This document shows, piece by piece, positions 49,206 through 59,116 of a stretch of 64,000 nucleotides of DNA. The notes under the pieces are model-generated. The model had not been told where the DNA came from, searched no databases, and saw nothing but the letters and a program-made list of their open reading frames with translations. Origin of the DNA: an uncultured delta proteobacterium (GTDB lineage: Bacteria > Myxococcota_A > Polyangia > Palsa-1104). Position 1 is the first letter of the stretch; every line of letters starts with the position of its first letter. A program made the translations under genes and the position numbers. The DNA lies in contig CAWAWS010000003.1 of assembly GCA_963785725.1 (NCBI GenBank), positions 192,001-256,000 of the forward strand, read 5' to 3'.

Positions 49206-49853
49206 TCAATCCAGCTTGACGTTGGGCAGCGGCGCCGCCGGCGGAGTCGGCGGCGCCGCCGGCACGTCGCTCGGCGGCGGCGGCGGCACGTCGCTCGGCG
49301 GCGGCGGCACGTCGCTCGGCGGCGGCGCGGTGGGCGCGGCCTCGTCGGCGGGCGACACATGCGGATCGGCGCAGGTCGCGCCTTGCGCGCCCACGGCGTC
49401 GTTGTAGTAGTTGATGGCGTCGACGGCGTGGCCGTTAGCGCGATTGCGCAACAGCCGGCTCGTGCCGGCGAAGCTGACGCCGACGACGGCGCTGCCGACG
49501 CCGGCGCCGAGCCAGGCCCACTCGTGCTTGCGGTCGATGAAGCCGGCGAGCCCGCCGAGCGCGGCCGCGCCCAAGATATTGCCGAAGAGCGAGAGGCTGC
49601 GCGCGGCGCGACCGTTGGATTCGGCGGCTGCGGCATGTTGCCGCGCCTCGGGCACGCAGCCGACATAGTGCGAAAGGCCGCTCCAGCTCAGCCCTTGCGC
49701 GACTTTGCGGCCGCCGGCCCAGGCCGCGTAACTCTCGTGATAGCGCAGCGTCACTTCGCCGCGTGCGACGGCGCGTGGCACATAAGCCGTCTGCTGCGCG
49801 CAGCCGCCGACGACGAGCGCCAGCGCCGCGCCGCGCACGAACGGCGACGTCAC
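49206..49853 (-). CDS. Lipoprotein with two Gly-rich TM-like helices and PPPSDV repeats
   Basis: VGGC; GTGA overlap with upstream gene; three GGCACGTCGCTCGGCGGCGGC repeats near 49260-49325. Confidence 0.75.
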   Translation of the reverse strand: MTSPFVRGAALALVVGGCAQQTAYVPRAVARGEVTLRYHESYAAWAGGRKVAQGLSWSGLSHYVGCVPEARQHAAAAESNGRAARSLSLFGNILGAAALGGLAGFIDRKHEWAWLGAGVGSAVVGVSFAGTSRLLRNRANGHAVDAINYYNDAVGAQGATCADPHVSPADEAAPTAPPPSDVPPPPSDVPPPPPSDVPAAPPTPPAAPLPNVKLD

Positions 49854-50521
49854 GACGCGCCTCCCGTCGCGCAGGCCGAGGTCGGCATGCGCAGCCAGTC
49901 GTTGAGCGCGTTGACCTGATCGATCGCTTCGGCGTTGGCGCGGCTGTTTTCGGGGCGCGAGTTGGCGAGACCAAAGGTGACGGCGGGTAATGCGACGACG
50001 CTGATGCCGGCAATGATCAATAAGACGCCGAGCAATGAGGCGGGATTGAAGCCGCCACCGCTCAGGCTACTGCCGCTGCTCGCCGTGGCGTGGCCGCCGC
50101 CGCTCGAGCGAATGGGCGCGCCCGCTTGGGTCGTCGGTCGTGGCAGCGCCGGCGGCGTCAGCGAATGGTAGCCCAGCGTCGGACGCGCGCTCGCGGCGGC
50201 CGGGCGAATCGTCGGTCGCGGCACCCAGAAGCGGCGGCCGGTGGCGACGTCGACGTTCAGCGCGACGGAGAGCTGAACGAGCGGCCCCGGCTCCTCGTCG
50301 ATGAGCTCGTCGCCGTCGCTGAGGTGCAGCTGATTGGACGGCGAGACCCAGGCCAAGAGCGCGGCGCAGGCCGGCGAAATGGCGACACCGGCCGGATCGA
50401 GGACGACGTGATCCTCGGCCCAGACGGCGCGCGGTCGTCCATCCATTGGCGCGACATAGTGTGAGGTGTACGTGCAGCCGGTGACCAAGAGCGACAATGA
50501 AATGACTGTTCGAATGGACAC
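49850..50521 (-). CDS. Lipoprotein with C-terminal hydrophobic helix
   Basis: VTGC lipobox; start uncertain (GTG 50521 chosen). Confidence 0.6.
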   Translation of the reverse strand: MSIRTVISLSLLVTGCTYTSHYVAPMDGRPRAVWAEDHVVLDPAGVAISPACAALLAWVSPSNQLHLSDGDELIDEEPGPLVQLSVALNVDVATGRRFWVPRPTIRPAAASARPTLGYHSLTPPALPRPTTQAGAPIRSSGGGHATASSGSSLSGGGFNPASLLGVLLIIAGISVVALPAVTFGLANSRPENSRANAEAIDQVNALNDWLRMPTSACATGGAS

Positions 50522-50591
50522 AAGGCGAATGACTCGGACAGCTGTCACTGCAGTTGCCTGCCCGATTGTTTCATTGACCTGAGTGTGATCG

Positions 50592-52058
50592 TTATCGCAC
50601 TGATGGCGGAAATGCGGGTAATGATCCGCGGAAGGGTTGGACCGTCTGCCAATAATAGAGATAGACCTCGCGAACGGCATAAGCGAAACCGATGGCGAAG
50701 AGCACGAGCGCGGGCACGGCCAGCCAACGCAGCGACGGGCGACGACGCGGGCCACGCGCGCGAATGACCGCGAACAGAGAGAGCAAGAAGAGCGCGAAGA
50801 GGTGATAGCGACCTTGTACGCCGTAGGGATAATCGGCGCCGACGTGCGAGAAGATGAGATAGAGCGCCAGGATGGTGAGCGGAATCGTCGCGCATACGGC
50901 GGCGAGCGCCAGGCGCCAGGCCCAGCGTAGACGCGGCGACGGATCGGGCGCGGGCGCGAGCGGCGGCTGCGAATAGAGATCGGCGGCAATCGCCAGCATC
51001 AAACCGCCGAGGACGGCGAGCAATCCCGGCAGCGCCATATCGAAGCGCGCCGTGCCTGCCAAGAAGGTCGTCCATTTGCCGTTGATGAGCCGCGGCGCGA
51101 AGTCGGGCTGCGTCTTGTCGTCGATGACATAGTGCAAGTAGCCAATGAAGACTTTGAAGATATGAAATGGATGCGCGAGCAAGAAGAGCGCTTGGCGGTT
51201 GGGATCGGCGAAGCTCGGCATCCATAAGCGGTTGGCGTTCTCCGATAGCTGGCGCAGCAGGAAATAAGGCGTCAGCGGCACCAGCAGCGTCAGCGACAAG
51301 AGCCATTGCCGCCAGCCGAGGCGCGGCTCCGACAAGCGCGCCACGTGCGGCAGCGCGCAGCCGCCAAAGAGCGCGTAGACCGGCTTGACCGCGGCCATCA
51401 GCGACGCCATCGCCGCGATGGCGAGGACGGCGCGCCACGACGGCTGCGCCAACGCCGCGACGAGGATCAACATCGTCAGCACGAACAGGCCGGCGTCGTG
51501 ATTGATGCACGCCGTCTGCTGAATGACCTCGGGAATCGAGAAGAATCCGAGCGCCGTGAAGCGACCGCGCGGCAGCGACAAGAGCAAAAAGAGGAGCGTC
51601 AGATCGACGACGATCGCGGCCGTCAGGCGTGCGGCATAGGCGCCGCGGAAGGCGCCGCCGACGCGCATCGTGCCGTCGAGGTGCTCGGCGACGACGCGGT
51701 TGACGAGCGCTTGCACGACGAGCCCCGACGGAAAATAGAAGCACTCGTAGTTCCAGCCGTCGGCGCGCTGGTCGTTGGCGCGGATGTGGAGGCCGCGCGC
51801 GAAGTAGTGGCTCATCGGCTCGCGCGTGCCCTGCAAACGCTCGATGGTGTGCGCGGTGATGACGACGGAGGCGGGCACGGTGTCGCAGTCGTAGTGGCCT
51901 TGGCTGAGCGCCCACATGCGAAAGTAGTGACCGCGCTCGTCGGGGCCGGAAAACATCGGCAACATCGTGGCGTAGACGAGCTGCGCGACGAAGATGGCGG
52001 CCAGCCAGCTCCACTGCAGCGGCGTCAGCGGTTGCCGCCCGTAAAGCGCGCGAAACAT
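50592..52058 (-). CDS. DUF2142-like multi-pass membrane protein (GT-C-like glycosyltransferase)
   Basis: PDERGH after first TM; about 10 TM helices; K-P-x-Y and GVQGRY motifs. Confidence 0.8.
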   Translation of the reverse strand: MFRALYGRQPLTPLQWSWLAAIFVAQLVYATMLPMFSGPDERGHYFRMWALSQGHYDCDTVPASVVITAHTIERLQGTREPMSHYFARGLHIRANDQRADGWNYECFYFPSGLVVQALVNRVVAEHLDGTMRVGGAFRGAYAARLTAAIVVDLTLLFLLLSLPRGRFTALGFFSIPEVIQQTACINHDAGLFVLTMLILVAALAQPSWRAVLAIAAMASLMAAVKPVYALFGGCALPHVARLSEPRLGWRQWLLSLTLLVPLTPYFLLRQLSENANRLWMPSFADPNRQALFLLAHPFHIFKVFIGYLHYVIDDKTQPDFAPRLINGKWTTFLAGTARFDMALPGLLAVLGGLMLAIAADLYSQPPLAPAPDPSPRLRWAWRLALAAVCATIPLTILALYLIFSHVGADYPYGVQGRYHLFALFLLSLFAVIRARGPRRRPSLRWLAVPALVLFAIGFAYAVREVYLYYWQTVQPFRGSLPAFPPSVR

Positions 52059-52136
52059 CGGCCGCAGTCTAACGTAGCGGCCCAGGGCTGGCCACCGCGC
52101 GCTCGGCGCCGGCGTCAGCGACGGCAGACCGCGCGG

Positions 52137-52562
52137 CTAGGGCTTCGGCGGGTCGCGTTGCAGGCGACGGCGCACGAGCTCGTCGGCGAGCTGCGCGACC
52201 TCATCTTCCACGTGCTGTCGCATCTTCTTGTAGAAGGGAAAGCCCAGCGCCGCCGGCAACAGTCGATAGATGCCGGTGTCACCGGTCTCGCCGACGGCAA
52301 CAGGCACGCCATTTTCCAGCACGTGCCAGGTCAACGTCTCGCCCGATTGCTCGAGCAGCTGCGACAAGGCTTCGCTCGCCAACGCCAAGGATTGCAGCCC
52401 GTCCACGCCGCCGGCTCGCTTGATCGTGACCTCGCCGGCGCGATCGACTCGATAAGGGCAATACCAATTGCGGCCGTCATCATAAGGGACGCCGATGGCG
52501 ACTTCGACGCGCCGGCCGTCGCGGTCGAGCAGTAAACGCGTCGCGATCCACTGTTCGCTCAT
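52137..52562 (-). CDS. Hypothetical protein (DUF6968-like)
   Basis: IATRLL, IGVP, WYCPY, GVDGLQSL motifs. Confidence 0.7.
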   Translation of the reverse strand: MSEQWIATRLLLDRDGRRVEVAIGVPYDDGRNWYCPYRVDRAGEVTIKRAGGVDGLQSLALASEALSQLLEQSGETLTWHVLENGVPVAVGETGDTGIYRLLPAALGFPFYKKMRQHVEDEVAQLADELVRRRLQRDPPKP

Positions 52563-52647
52563 GCGCATTCTTTACCTTCGTTCCCGCTCGCGCCGTGTAA
52601 CTTTCGCTGGATCTTCAGTCGTCAAGTGGCACGCTTGCGCGGAAGAC

Positions 52648-54888
52648 ATGCGCGCGCGCTGTTCGTCGGCCTTCGGCTTCCTGGTCGCGCTGGCGCTGCC
52701 GGCGCTGCTCGTCGGCTGTCGCGCCGCCGCGCCTCCGCCCGTCGTCGCCCCGACGTGGGCCGCCGGCTCGGTCGCGCGCTTCGTCGATCCCTTCATCGGC
52801 ACCGGCGGCGCGGGCAACACGTTCCCGGGCGCGCTCGTTCCCTGGGGCATGATCGCGCCCAGCCCGCACACGCGGCAGGCGCTCATCAGCGACGTCGGCG
52901 CCGACGGATCCATCGCCGCCGCCGGTTATGTCGCCGGCGATCCGCAGATTCACGGCTTCGGCATGACGCATCTGTCGGGCGTCGGCTGTCCAGACTTGGG
53001 CGCGCCCGTCGTCGCCGTCGAGACCGGCGCCGTCGCCACCGACTTCGACAGCTACGGCAGCGCCTACACCAACGAGCGCGCCTGGCCCGGCTATTACGCG
53101 GTCGATCTGGCGAGCGGCATCCGCGCCGAGCTCACCGCCGGCACGCGCGCCGGCATCCTGCGTTTCTGGGACGACCAAGGCACGCTCACCGTCCTCGTCG
53201 ACGTGGCGCGCCCGCTGTCGTGGAACGGCGGCACCGGCCACGTCGAGCTCGGCGACGACGGCGAAGTGAGCGGCTGGGTGCAGACCGGCCTCTTTTGCGC
53301 CAAGTCGAATCATCAAAAGGTCTATTTCGCCGGCCGTTTCAATCGCGCGGCCAAAAAGAGCGGCACCTGGGTCGACGATCAGCCGAGCGCCGCGCGCACG
53401 GCCGACGGCAGCGCCGGCGCCTGGTTCCAGTTCCCCGCGCATGCGTCGGTTGAGCTGCAAATGGCCGTGTCGTACGTCGACGCCGACGGCGCGCGCGCCA
53501 ACTTGCACGCCGAGCTCGACGGCACCTCGTTCGACCCGCTGCGGCTGGCGGCGCAGGCGGCGTGGGAAGCGCAGCTCGGCCGCGCCGTCGTGGCCGGTCA
53601 CGGCAGCGACGACGACCAGACGATCTTCTACAGCGCGCTCTATCACGCGCTCATCCACCCGAGCATCGCCAGCGACGTCGACGGCCGCTACCAGAAGTTC
53701 GGCGGCGGCGGCATCGGCACCGACACGGCGCACCCGCGCTATCACGTCTTTTCGCTGTGGGACACCTATCGCACCGTGCATCCGCTGTTGACGCTGCTCT
53801 ATCCCGAGCGACAGACGGAGATGCTGCGCTCGCTCGCCAACATGACGCTGGAAGCGGGCGTGCCGCCGATGTGGGAATTGGCCGGCAGCGAAGTGCAGAT
53901 GATGGTCGGCGACCCGGCCGACATCGTGCTCGCCGACGGTGTCGTCAAGAACGTCGCGCCCGAAGCGGCGCTCATGGCGACGGCGTGGCCGCTCGCGCAA
54001 GCGGCCGCGCTCGACACGTCGGCGACGCCGCATCGCGCCGGCAACGCCGCCTATCGCGCGCTCGGCTATGTCGACATCGACGAGCAGGCCAGCGTCTGGG
54101 GCCCGGTGTCGACGACGCTCGAATATGCGGTCGCCGACTTCGCCTTGAGCCGCTGGGCCCAATCAGCGGGCGCGACCCTCGACCCGACCTTGGCGGCGCA
54201 AGCCAACAATTGGTCGACGCTCGTCGATCCGACGACGCAGCTGTTTCGCCCGCGCCACCCCGACGGCAGCTGGCTCGATCCGTTCGATCCCGACGCCATC
54301 GACGGCGCGCATCCGCAGCTGAATTCGGGCGGGCCCGGCTTCGTCGAGGGCACGGCCTGGCATTACGCGTTCTATGCGCCGCACGCCATCGCCGCGCAGG
54401 CGACCGCGACCGGCGGCGCCGACGCCTATGTCGCGCGCTTGCAGTCGCTCTTCGACACCCAGCGCTTCGTCATGTGGAACGAGCCCGATATGGGCTTCCC
54501 TTACCTGTTCACGCAATTCGCCGGCGCCGCCTGGCACACCGCCGACGCCGTCGCCGCCGCGCGCAAGACCTATTTCACGAGCGCGCGCGACGGCCTTCCC
54601 GGCAATGACGACTGCGGCACTTTGTCCGCTTGGTACGTCTTCTCCGCGCTCGGCTTCTATCCCGACATTCCCGCCGGCGACGATTACGCCATCGGCACGC
54701 CGCTCTTCGACAGCGCCACCTTGAGCATCGGCAATAGTCGCTTCGTCATCAGCGCCACTCGGCAATCCCCCGCGAGCATTTACGTCGGCAGCGCCACGAT
54801 CGGCGGCCGCGTCCTCGGCCAGCGCCTCGCCTATGCCGACCTCCTCGCCGGCGGCACGCTCACGCTCGCGCTCACCGACGCGCACTGA
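52648..54888 (+). CDS. GH92 alpha-mannosidase lipoprotein
   Basis: VDPFIGT, TFPGA, THLSGVGC, FYSALYH, SLWDTYR, FVEG, NEP, PGNDDCGTLSAWY. Confidence 0.95.
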   Translation: MRARCSSAFGFLVALALPALLVGCRAAAPPPVVAPTWAAGSVARFVDPFIGTGGAGNTFPGALVPWGMIAPSPHTRQALISDVGADGSIAAAGYVAGDPQIHGFGMTHLSGVGCPDLGAPVVAVETGAVATDFDSYGSAYTNERAWPGYYAVDLASGIRAELTAGTRAGILRFWDDQGTLTVLVDVARPLSWNGGTGHVELGDDGEVSGWVQTGLFCAKSNHQKVYFAGRFNRAAKKSGTWVDDQPSAARTADGSAGAWFQFPAHASVELQMAVSYVDADGARANLHAELDGTSFDPLRLAAQAAWEAQLGRAVVAGHGSDDDQTIFYSALYHALIHPSIASDVDGRYQKFGGGGIGTDTAHPRYHVFSLWDTYRTVHPLLTLLYPERQTEMLRSLANMTLEAGVPPMWELAGSEVQMMVGDPADIVLADGVVKNVAPEAALMATAWPLAQAAALDTSATPHRAGNAAYRALGYVDIDEQASVWGPVSTTLEYAVADFALSRWAQSAGATLDPTLAAQANNWSTLVDPTTQLFRPRHPDGSWLDPFDPDAIDGAHPQLNSGGPGFVEGTAWHYAFYAPHAIAAQATATGGADAYVARLQSLFDTQRFVMWNEPDMGFPYLFTQFAGAAWHTADAVAAARKTYFTSARDGLPGNDDCGTLSAWYVFSALGFYPDIPAGDDYAIGTPLFDSATLSIGNSRFVISATRQSPASIYVGSATIGGRVLGQRLAYADLLAGGTLTLALTDAH

Positions 54889-54948
54889 CACACGTTCTAG
54901 CGTGCTTGCGCCATCCCCAGCGCGTCACTTTGCGTTAGTTTTCCCGCC

Positions 54949-56133
54949 ATGTTTGCTCGTCACCCCGCGTTGCTCGCGGTCTTCGCGCTCGCGGCGCTCG
55001 GCTGTTCCGGCGGATCGAGCGCGCACGCCGACGGCAGCGCCAGCGTCGACGCGAGCACCGGCTTCGACATGGCCGCCGGCACCGCCGCCGATATGGCCGC
55101 GCCCGTCGGCCACGTCAGCACCGACATGGCGCTGCCGGCGTTCGCCGTCGGCGTGACCACGCGAACCTTCGTCGACAACTCGCGCCCGACGCCCGCCAAC
55201 GGCACCGCGCCGGCGCAGCCCAATCGCACGCTCGTGACCGAAATTTGGTACCCGACGCCGGGCGCCGTCAACGCCACCACGGCCACGCGCGACGCGCCGT
55301 TGGCGCCGGGCGGCCCGTTTCCGCTCGTGCTCTTCGTGCACGGCTCGTCGTCGAGCCGCACCGTCTACACCTACTTGACGATCGGCCTCGCCAGCGCCGG
55401 CTACCTCGTCGCCGCCGCCGATTTCCCGCTCACGGCGCTGGACACGCCCGGCGGCGAATCCGATCTGCACGTCAGCGATGAAGTCGGCGACCTGAGCTTC
55501 TTGTGCGACCAGCTCAAAGCCGCGTCCGTCGACACGACCGACGCGCTGCACGGCGCCGTCGACGGGCTCGGCTACGCCGTCGTCGGCCACTCGACCGGCG
55601 GCGCCGTCGGCGAATTGGCCGCTTTCGCGCCCACCGACAGCGCCATCACGCACGACCCGCGCGTCAAGGCCGTCGTCCCGCTCTCCGGCGACGCCTGCAT
55701 GTTCAATGCGGCCTTCTTCAAGACCCGCAATACGCCCATCTTCGTCATCGGCGCCACTGACGACTTATTCGTCCCCGTTAGCGACAACGGTCAATGGGTC
55801 TTCAATAACACCAGCGCGCCCCATCTCATGGCCACGCTCATCGGCGGCTCGCACGTCTATTACACCGACTTCCCGCTGCCCGACGCGCTCGCCGGTCCCG
55901 TCCCGACGGGCCCGACGTCACCGCTGGCGACGACGCTGAGCGCTTACGGCGACGCGTCCGAGTGCCTGCCCGTGCCCGCCGCCGGCACCGATCCGCAGAT
56001 GGATTTCGCGACCGAGCACAGTAATGTTTTGCAATTGGTGACCGCTTATTTGGACGCGCAGCTACGCTCGGCGACCGACAATCTGAATGCGCTGATCGCC
56101 GCCAATAATCCGCTCATCGTCTTTCAGCAGTAG
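54949..56133 (+). CDS. Alpha/beta hydrolase lipoprotein (dienelactone hydrolase/chlorophyllase-like)
   Basis: ALGC; EIWYP, FPLVLFVHG, GHSTGG, Asp and His candidates. Confidence 0.85.
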   Translation: MFARHPALLAVFALAALGCSGGSSAHADGSASVDASTGFDMAAGTAADMAAPVGHVSTDMALPAFAVGVTTRTFVDNSRPTPANGTAPAQPNRTLVTEIWYPTPGAVNATTATRDAPLAPGGPFPLVLFVHGSSSSRTVYTYLTIGLASAGYLVAAADFPLTALDTPGGESDLHVSDEVGDLSFLCDQLKAASVDTTDALHGAVDGLGYAVVGHSTGGAVGELAAFAPTDSAITHDPRVKAVVPLSGDACMFNAAFFKTRNTPIFVIGATDDLFVPVSDNGQWVFNNTSAPHLMATLIGGSHVYYTDFPLPDALAGPVPTGPTSPLATTLSAYGDASECLPVPAAGTDPQMDFATEHSNVLQLVTAYLDAQLRSATDNLNALIAANNPLIVFQQ

Positions 56134-56134
56134 C

Positions 56135-57310
56135 TCATTTCGTGAGGCGCTTGACCACGCCCGCGTTGGCCAGGCCGCTGCCCTCTTCGGTCCAATAGAC
56201 GTAGCTGTCGTCGACGGCGATGGCGATCGGCGACGCCAGCCCCGCCGCGAGCAGGGTCGGCCGCCCGTTGCACCCGCCGATGGCGCAGCTCGACAAGGTG
56301 CCGCCGAAGTATTCGACCCAATAGACGTTGGCACTGTCGATAGCGAGCCCGCGCGCGCCATTGATGCCGTCAGCGAGCAAGATAGGCGAGCTGCCGCAGC
56401 CGCTCTTGGCGCACTGATAGATCTTGCCCGAGAAGATCTCGGGCGAGGTCTCCGGATTATTGTTGGTCCAATAGACGTTATCGGCGTCGACGGCGATGAC
56501 GCTGACGTACGAGCGCGTCGTCGCGACGATCGTCGGCCCGGCGCCACAGCCGCTCTTCGGGCACGTATAAATCGTGCCTAAGCTGTTGGTCCAGTAGACG
56601 TTCGTGTCGTCGACGACGGCGCCCGACGCGACGCCGTGGCCGGGCGCGCCCACGACCGGCGGCTCCCACAAGGTCGTCGCCGTGCCGCCGGCGAGCGGCC
56701 CGCTGTCGATGGCAGCATTCGAATAGTCCGTCCAATAAATGCCACTGCCGTCGACGGCGATCGATTGAAATTGGCCGCCGCTGAAGAGCGCCATCGGCGC
56801 CGCGCCGCAGCCGGTCACGGCGCAGCTGTCGAGGCTGCGCGAGCCGTCGCCATTCGTCACGCTGAAGTACGCGACGCCGCCGGCGACCGCGAAGGCGGCC
56901 GGGCTGGGCGCGTCTTGGATGTCGGAGATCTCGTCGCCGATGACGACGAGCGCGGCGTTGGCGACGGGGCTGGTCACGACCTGGCCATGCACGTAAATGC
57001 CGGGGGCGGGCGGCTCGACGTCCGTCAGCACGCCCAGGTTGCGCCAGTAAACGTTGACCGCGTCGACGACGATGGCCGCCGGGTTCGACTGCGCGCCGGC
57101 GATGACTTGGCAGGCGTGACCGCAAGCGCCGCACTGCGGATCGGTGCCGAGATCGCCGCAGGTGATCTCGAGGTCGGGCGCCGGCGGCGCTGGCGCGGCG
57201 TCGCCGGCCGCGAAATCGGCGGGCGCGCCGGCATCGGGCGGGCCGCCCGCGTCCAATCCGCGACCACAGCCGGCGACCAGCAACAGGAGAGGCAAAGCAC
57301 GCGCGAGCAT
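56135..57310 (-). CDS. Beta-propeller lipoprotein (AVD..VYW repeats)
   Basis: VAGC; repeated IAVD..VYWT blades with C..GC loops; GGAGG RBS. Confidence 0.82.
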   Translation of the reverse strand: MLARALPLLLLVAGCGRGLDAGGPPDAGAPADFAAGDAAPAPPAPDLEITCGDLGTDPQCGACGHACQVIAGAQSNPAAIVVDAVNVYWRNLGVLTDVEPPAPGIYVHGQVVTSPVANAALVVIGDEISDIQDAPSPAAFAVAGGVAYFSVTNGDGSRSLDSCAVTGCGAAPMALFSGGQFQSIAVDGSGIYWTDYSNAAIDSGPLAGGTATTLWEPPVVGAPGHGVASGAVVDDTNVYWTNSLGTIYTCPKSGCGAGPTIVATTRSYVSVIAVDADNVYWTNNNPETSPEIFSGKIYQCAKSGCGSSPILLADGINGARGLAIDSANVYWVEYFGGTLSSCAIGGCNGRPTLLAAGLASPIAIAVDDSYVYWTEEGSGLANAGVVKRLTK

Positions 57311-57438
57311 CGATCCTCCGCGCCCGAGCGTAGCGCGTCCGCCCGCCGTCGCGCGTGACCTGGCGCATGCCATTGCCGAGTCCATGTAAGCACGACACGC
57401 ATACGACCGACCAAAGACGGGCGCGAGCAGGCGATTGT

Positions 57439-57462
57439 AAATGGTATCAAATGATACCATTT
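57439..57462. promoter_or_regulatory. Perfect AT-rich palindrome, probable operator
   Basis: AAATGGTATCA-AA-TGATACCATTT, 11-bp arms. Confidence 0.65.
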
Positions 57463-57546
57463 GTAATTGGGACGCCTATTCAAGAGCGCCGAACCCCAGT
57501 CGCATGCGCGGTCGACGGCGCACGCGCGAAAATATTCAGCTCGTCG

Positions 57547-59013
57547 TCAACGCTTGGGGGTCAGCGCGACGGCGACCATCGTCGACCCGTTCGTCGCCGT
57601 GCACGACACCGACATTTGCAGCTGCGCGCGATGCAGCACCAGCGCCTCCGTGCCCGATATCGCCGTCTCGGCGTCGACCTCCCAGCCGAGCCCCTTGGCC
57701 CACGTCTTCATCGGCGCGCAGGCGACGCTCGTGCTGCCGCTGCCCGAAAACATGAGCGACGCGATGCCGTTGGTGTCCGAGCAAGCGATCATGCTGAACC
57801 CGGGCGGCGTCGGCACGAGGATCTGGGCGAACCGCCCGCAATGCGGCTCGCCCGTCGCCGGCGCCGCGACCGCGGCCACGACGTCGTTCGTCGCCGCCGC
57901 CTTCGGGTCGTCGCCGCTCGCGTGGCGCACGACACGCGTCGCCAGGTAGCCGACGCCGACCACCGCCGCCACCGCGCCCACGGCCAGGAACGCGAGCACG
58001 CCGAGCACGATCCACAGCGCGTGACCCGAGCCTTTGCCGACGTGCGCCCCCGTCGCCGTCGTCTGCGGCGCCATCTGGCCGACCGCCTGGCTGATCGACG
58101 CCAGCGACGACATCTGCATCGTCGCCGCCGTCGGCGGCGCGGTCGCCGGCTCGGCCGTGCCGGTCATGGTGCCGCCGAGCCGGCCCATCGTCGCCGCCAC
58201 CTCCGCCATCGTGGGCCGCTGCTTCGGATCCTTCAGCAGCATCGCCGCCAGCGCCTCGACCAGCTGCGGCGGCGCATCGGGCACGACGCTCGTCAGCGAC
58301 GGCGGCGGATCGTGAACGTGCGCGTAGAGCAGCTGCATCGTGTCGTTGGCGTCGAACGGCAGCCGCCCCGACAGCATCTGATAGAGCATGACGCCGAGCG
58401 AGTAGACGTCGGCCTTGTCATCGACGTTCGTCGACGAGCGGCACTGCTCGGGCGCCATGTACGCCGGCGTGCCCATCAACATCTGCGTGCTCGTCTTGAG
58501 CGGCCCCGATTGCAGCTCGGCCGCCATCTTGGCGATGCCGAAGTCGAGCACCTTGGCGCGCTCGCCGCCCGTCGCCTCCGGATCGGGCACGATGAACACG
58601 TTGTCGGGCTTGAGATCGCGATGGACGATCTGCTTGTCGTGCGCCGCCGCCAGCGCCGACGCCGTCTGCCGCGCGATGCGCAGCGCCTGCGTGCCCAACC
58701 CTTGCGGCGCCTTGCGAATGCGATCGGTCAGCGACTCGCCTTGCAAGAGCTCCATGACGATATAGGCCGTCCCATCCGCCAAGTGCCCCATGTCGAAGAT
58801 CTCGACGAGGCTCGGATGGTTGATGAGGTTCGTCGCCCGCGCCTCGTTGAAGAACCGCTGCGCGATTTGCGCGTTCCCCGCCGCGCTCGCCAACAGCACT
58901 TTGATGGCGACGTGACGGCCGATCTGCTCCTGCACGGCTTCGTAGACGGCGCCCATCCCGCCTTCACCGAGCTTGCGCGTGACCTTGTAGCTGCCCACCA
59001 ACTGCCCGATCAT
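57547..59013 (-). CDS. Ser/Thr protein kinase with TM and small extracytoplasmic domain
   Basis: [22 protein letters not shown]. Confidence 0.95.
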   Translation of the reverse strand: MIGQLVGSYKVTRKLGEGGMGAVYEAVQEQIGRHVAIKVLLASAAGNAQIAQRFFNEARATNLINHPSLVEIFDMGHLADGTAYIVMELLQGESLTDRIRKAPQGLGTQALRIARQTASALAAAHDKQIVHRDLKPDNVFIVPDPEATGGERAKVLDFGIAKMAAELQSGPLKTSTQMLMGTPAYMAPEQCRSSTNVDDKADVYSLGVMLYQMLSGRLPFDANDTMQLLYAHVHDPPPSLTSVVPDAPPQLVEALAAMLLKDPKQRPTMAEVAATMGRLGGTMTGTAEPATAPPTAATMQMSSLASISQAVGQMAPQTTATGAHVGKGSGHALWIVLGVLAFLAVGAVAAVVGVGYLATRVVRHASGDDPKAAATNDVVAAVAAPATGEPHCGRFAQILVPTPPGFSMIACSDTNGIASLMFSGSGSTSVACAPMKTWAKGLGWEVDAETAISGTEALVLHRAQLQMSVSCTATNGSTMVAVALTPKR

Positions 59014-59083
59014 GTGTCCCCCTACGCGGCGATCTTATGGCCGATTTGGCGCCGGTTCTGCGATCACCATCACCAGCCCGACG

Positions 59084-59114
59084 ACGCCCAAACACGCCCA
59101 AACACGCCCAAACA
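59084..59114. repeat. 10-bp tandem repeat x3
   Basis: ACGCCCAAAC three exact copies. Confidence 0.85.
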
Positions 59115-59116
59115 TG

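Noticed and set aside
52627..52640. TGGCACGCTTGC as a sigma54 promoter for GH92
   Set aside because: GG-to-GC spacing is too short for -24/-12
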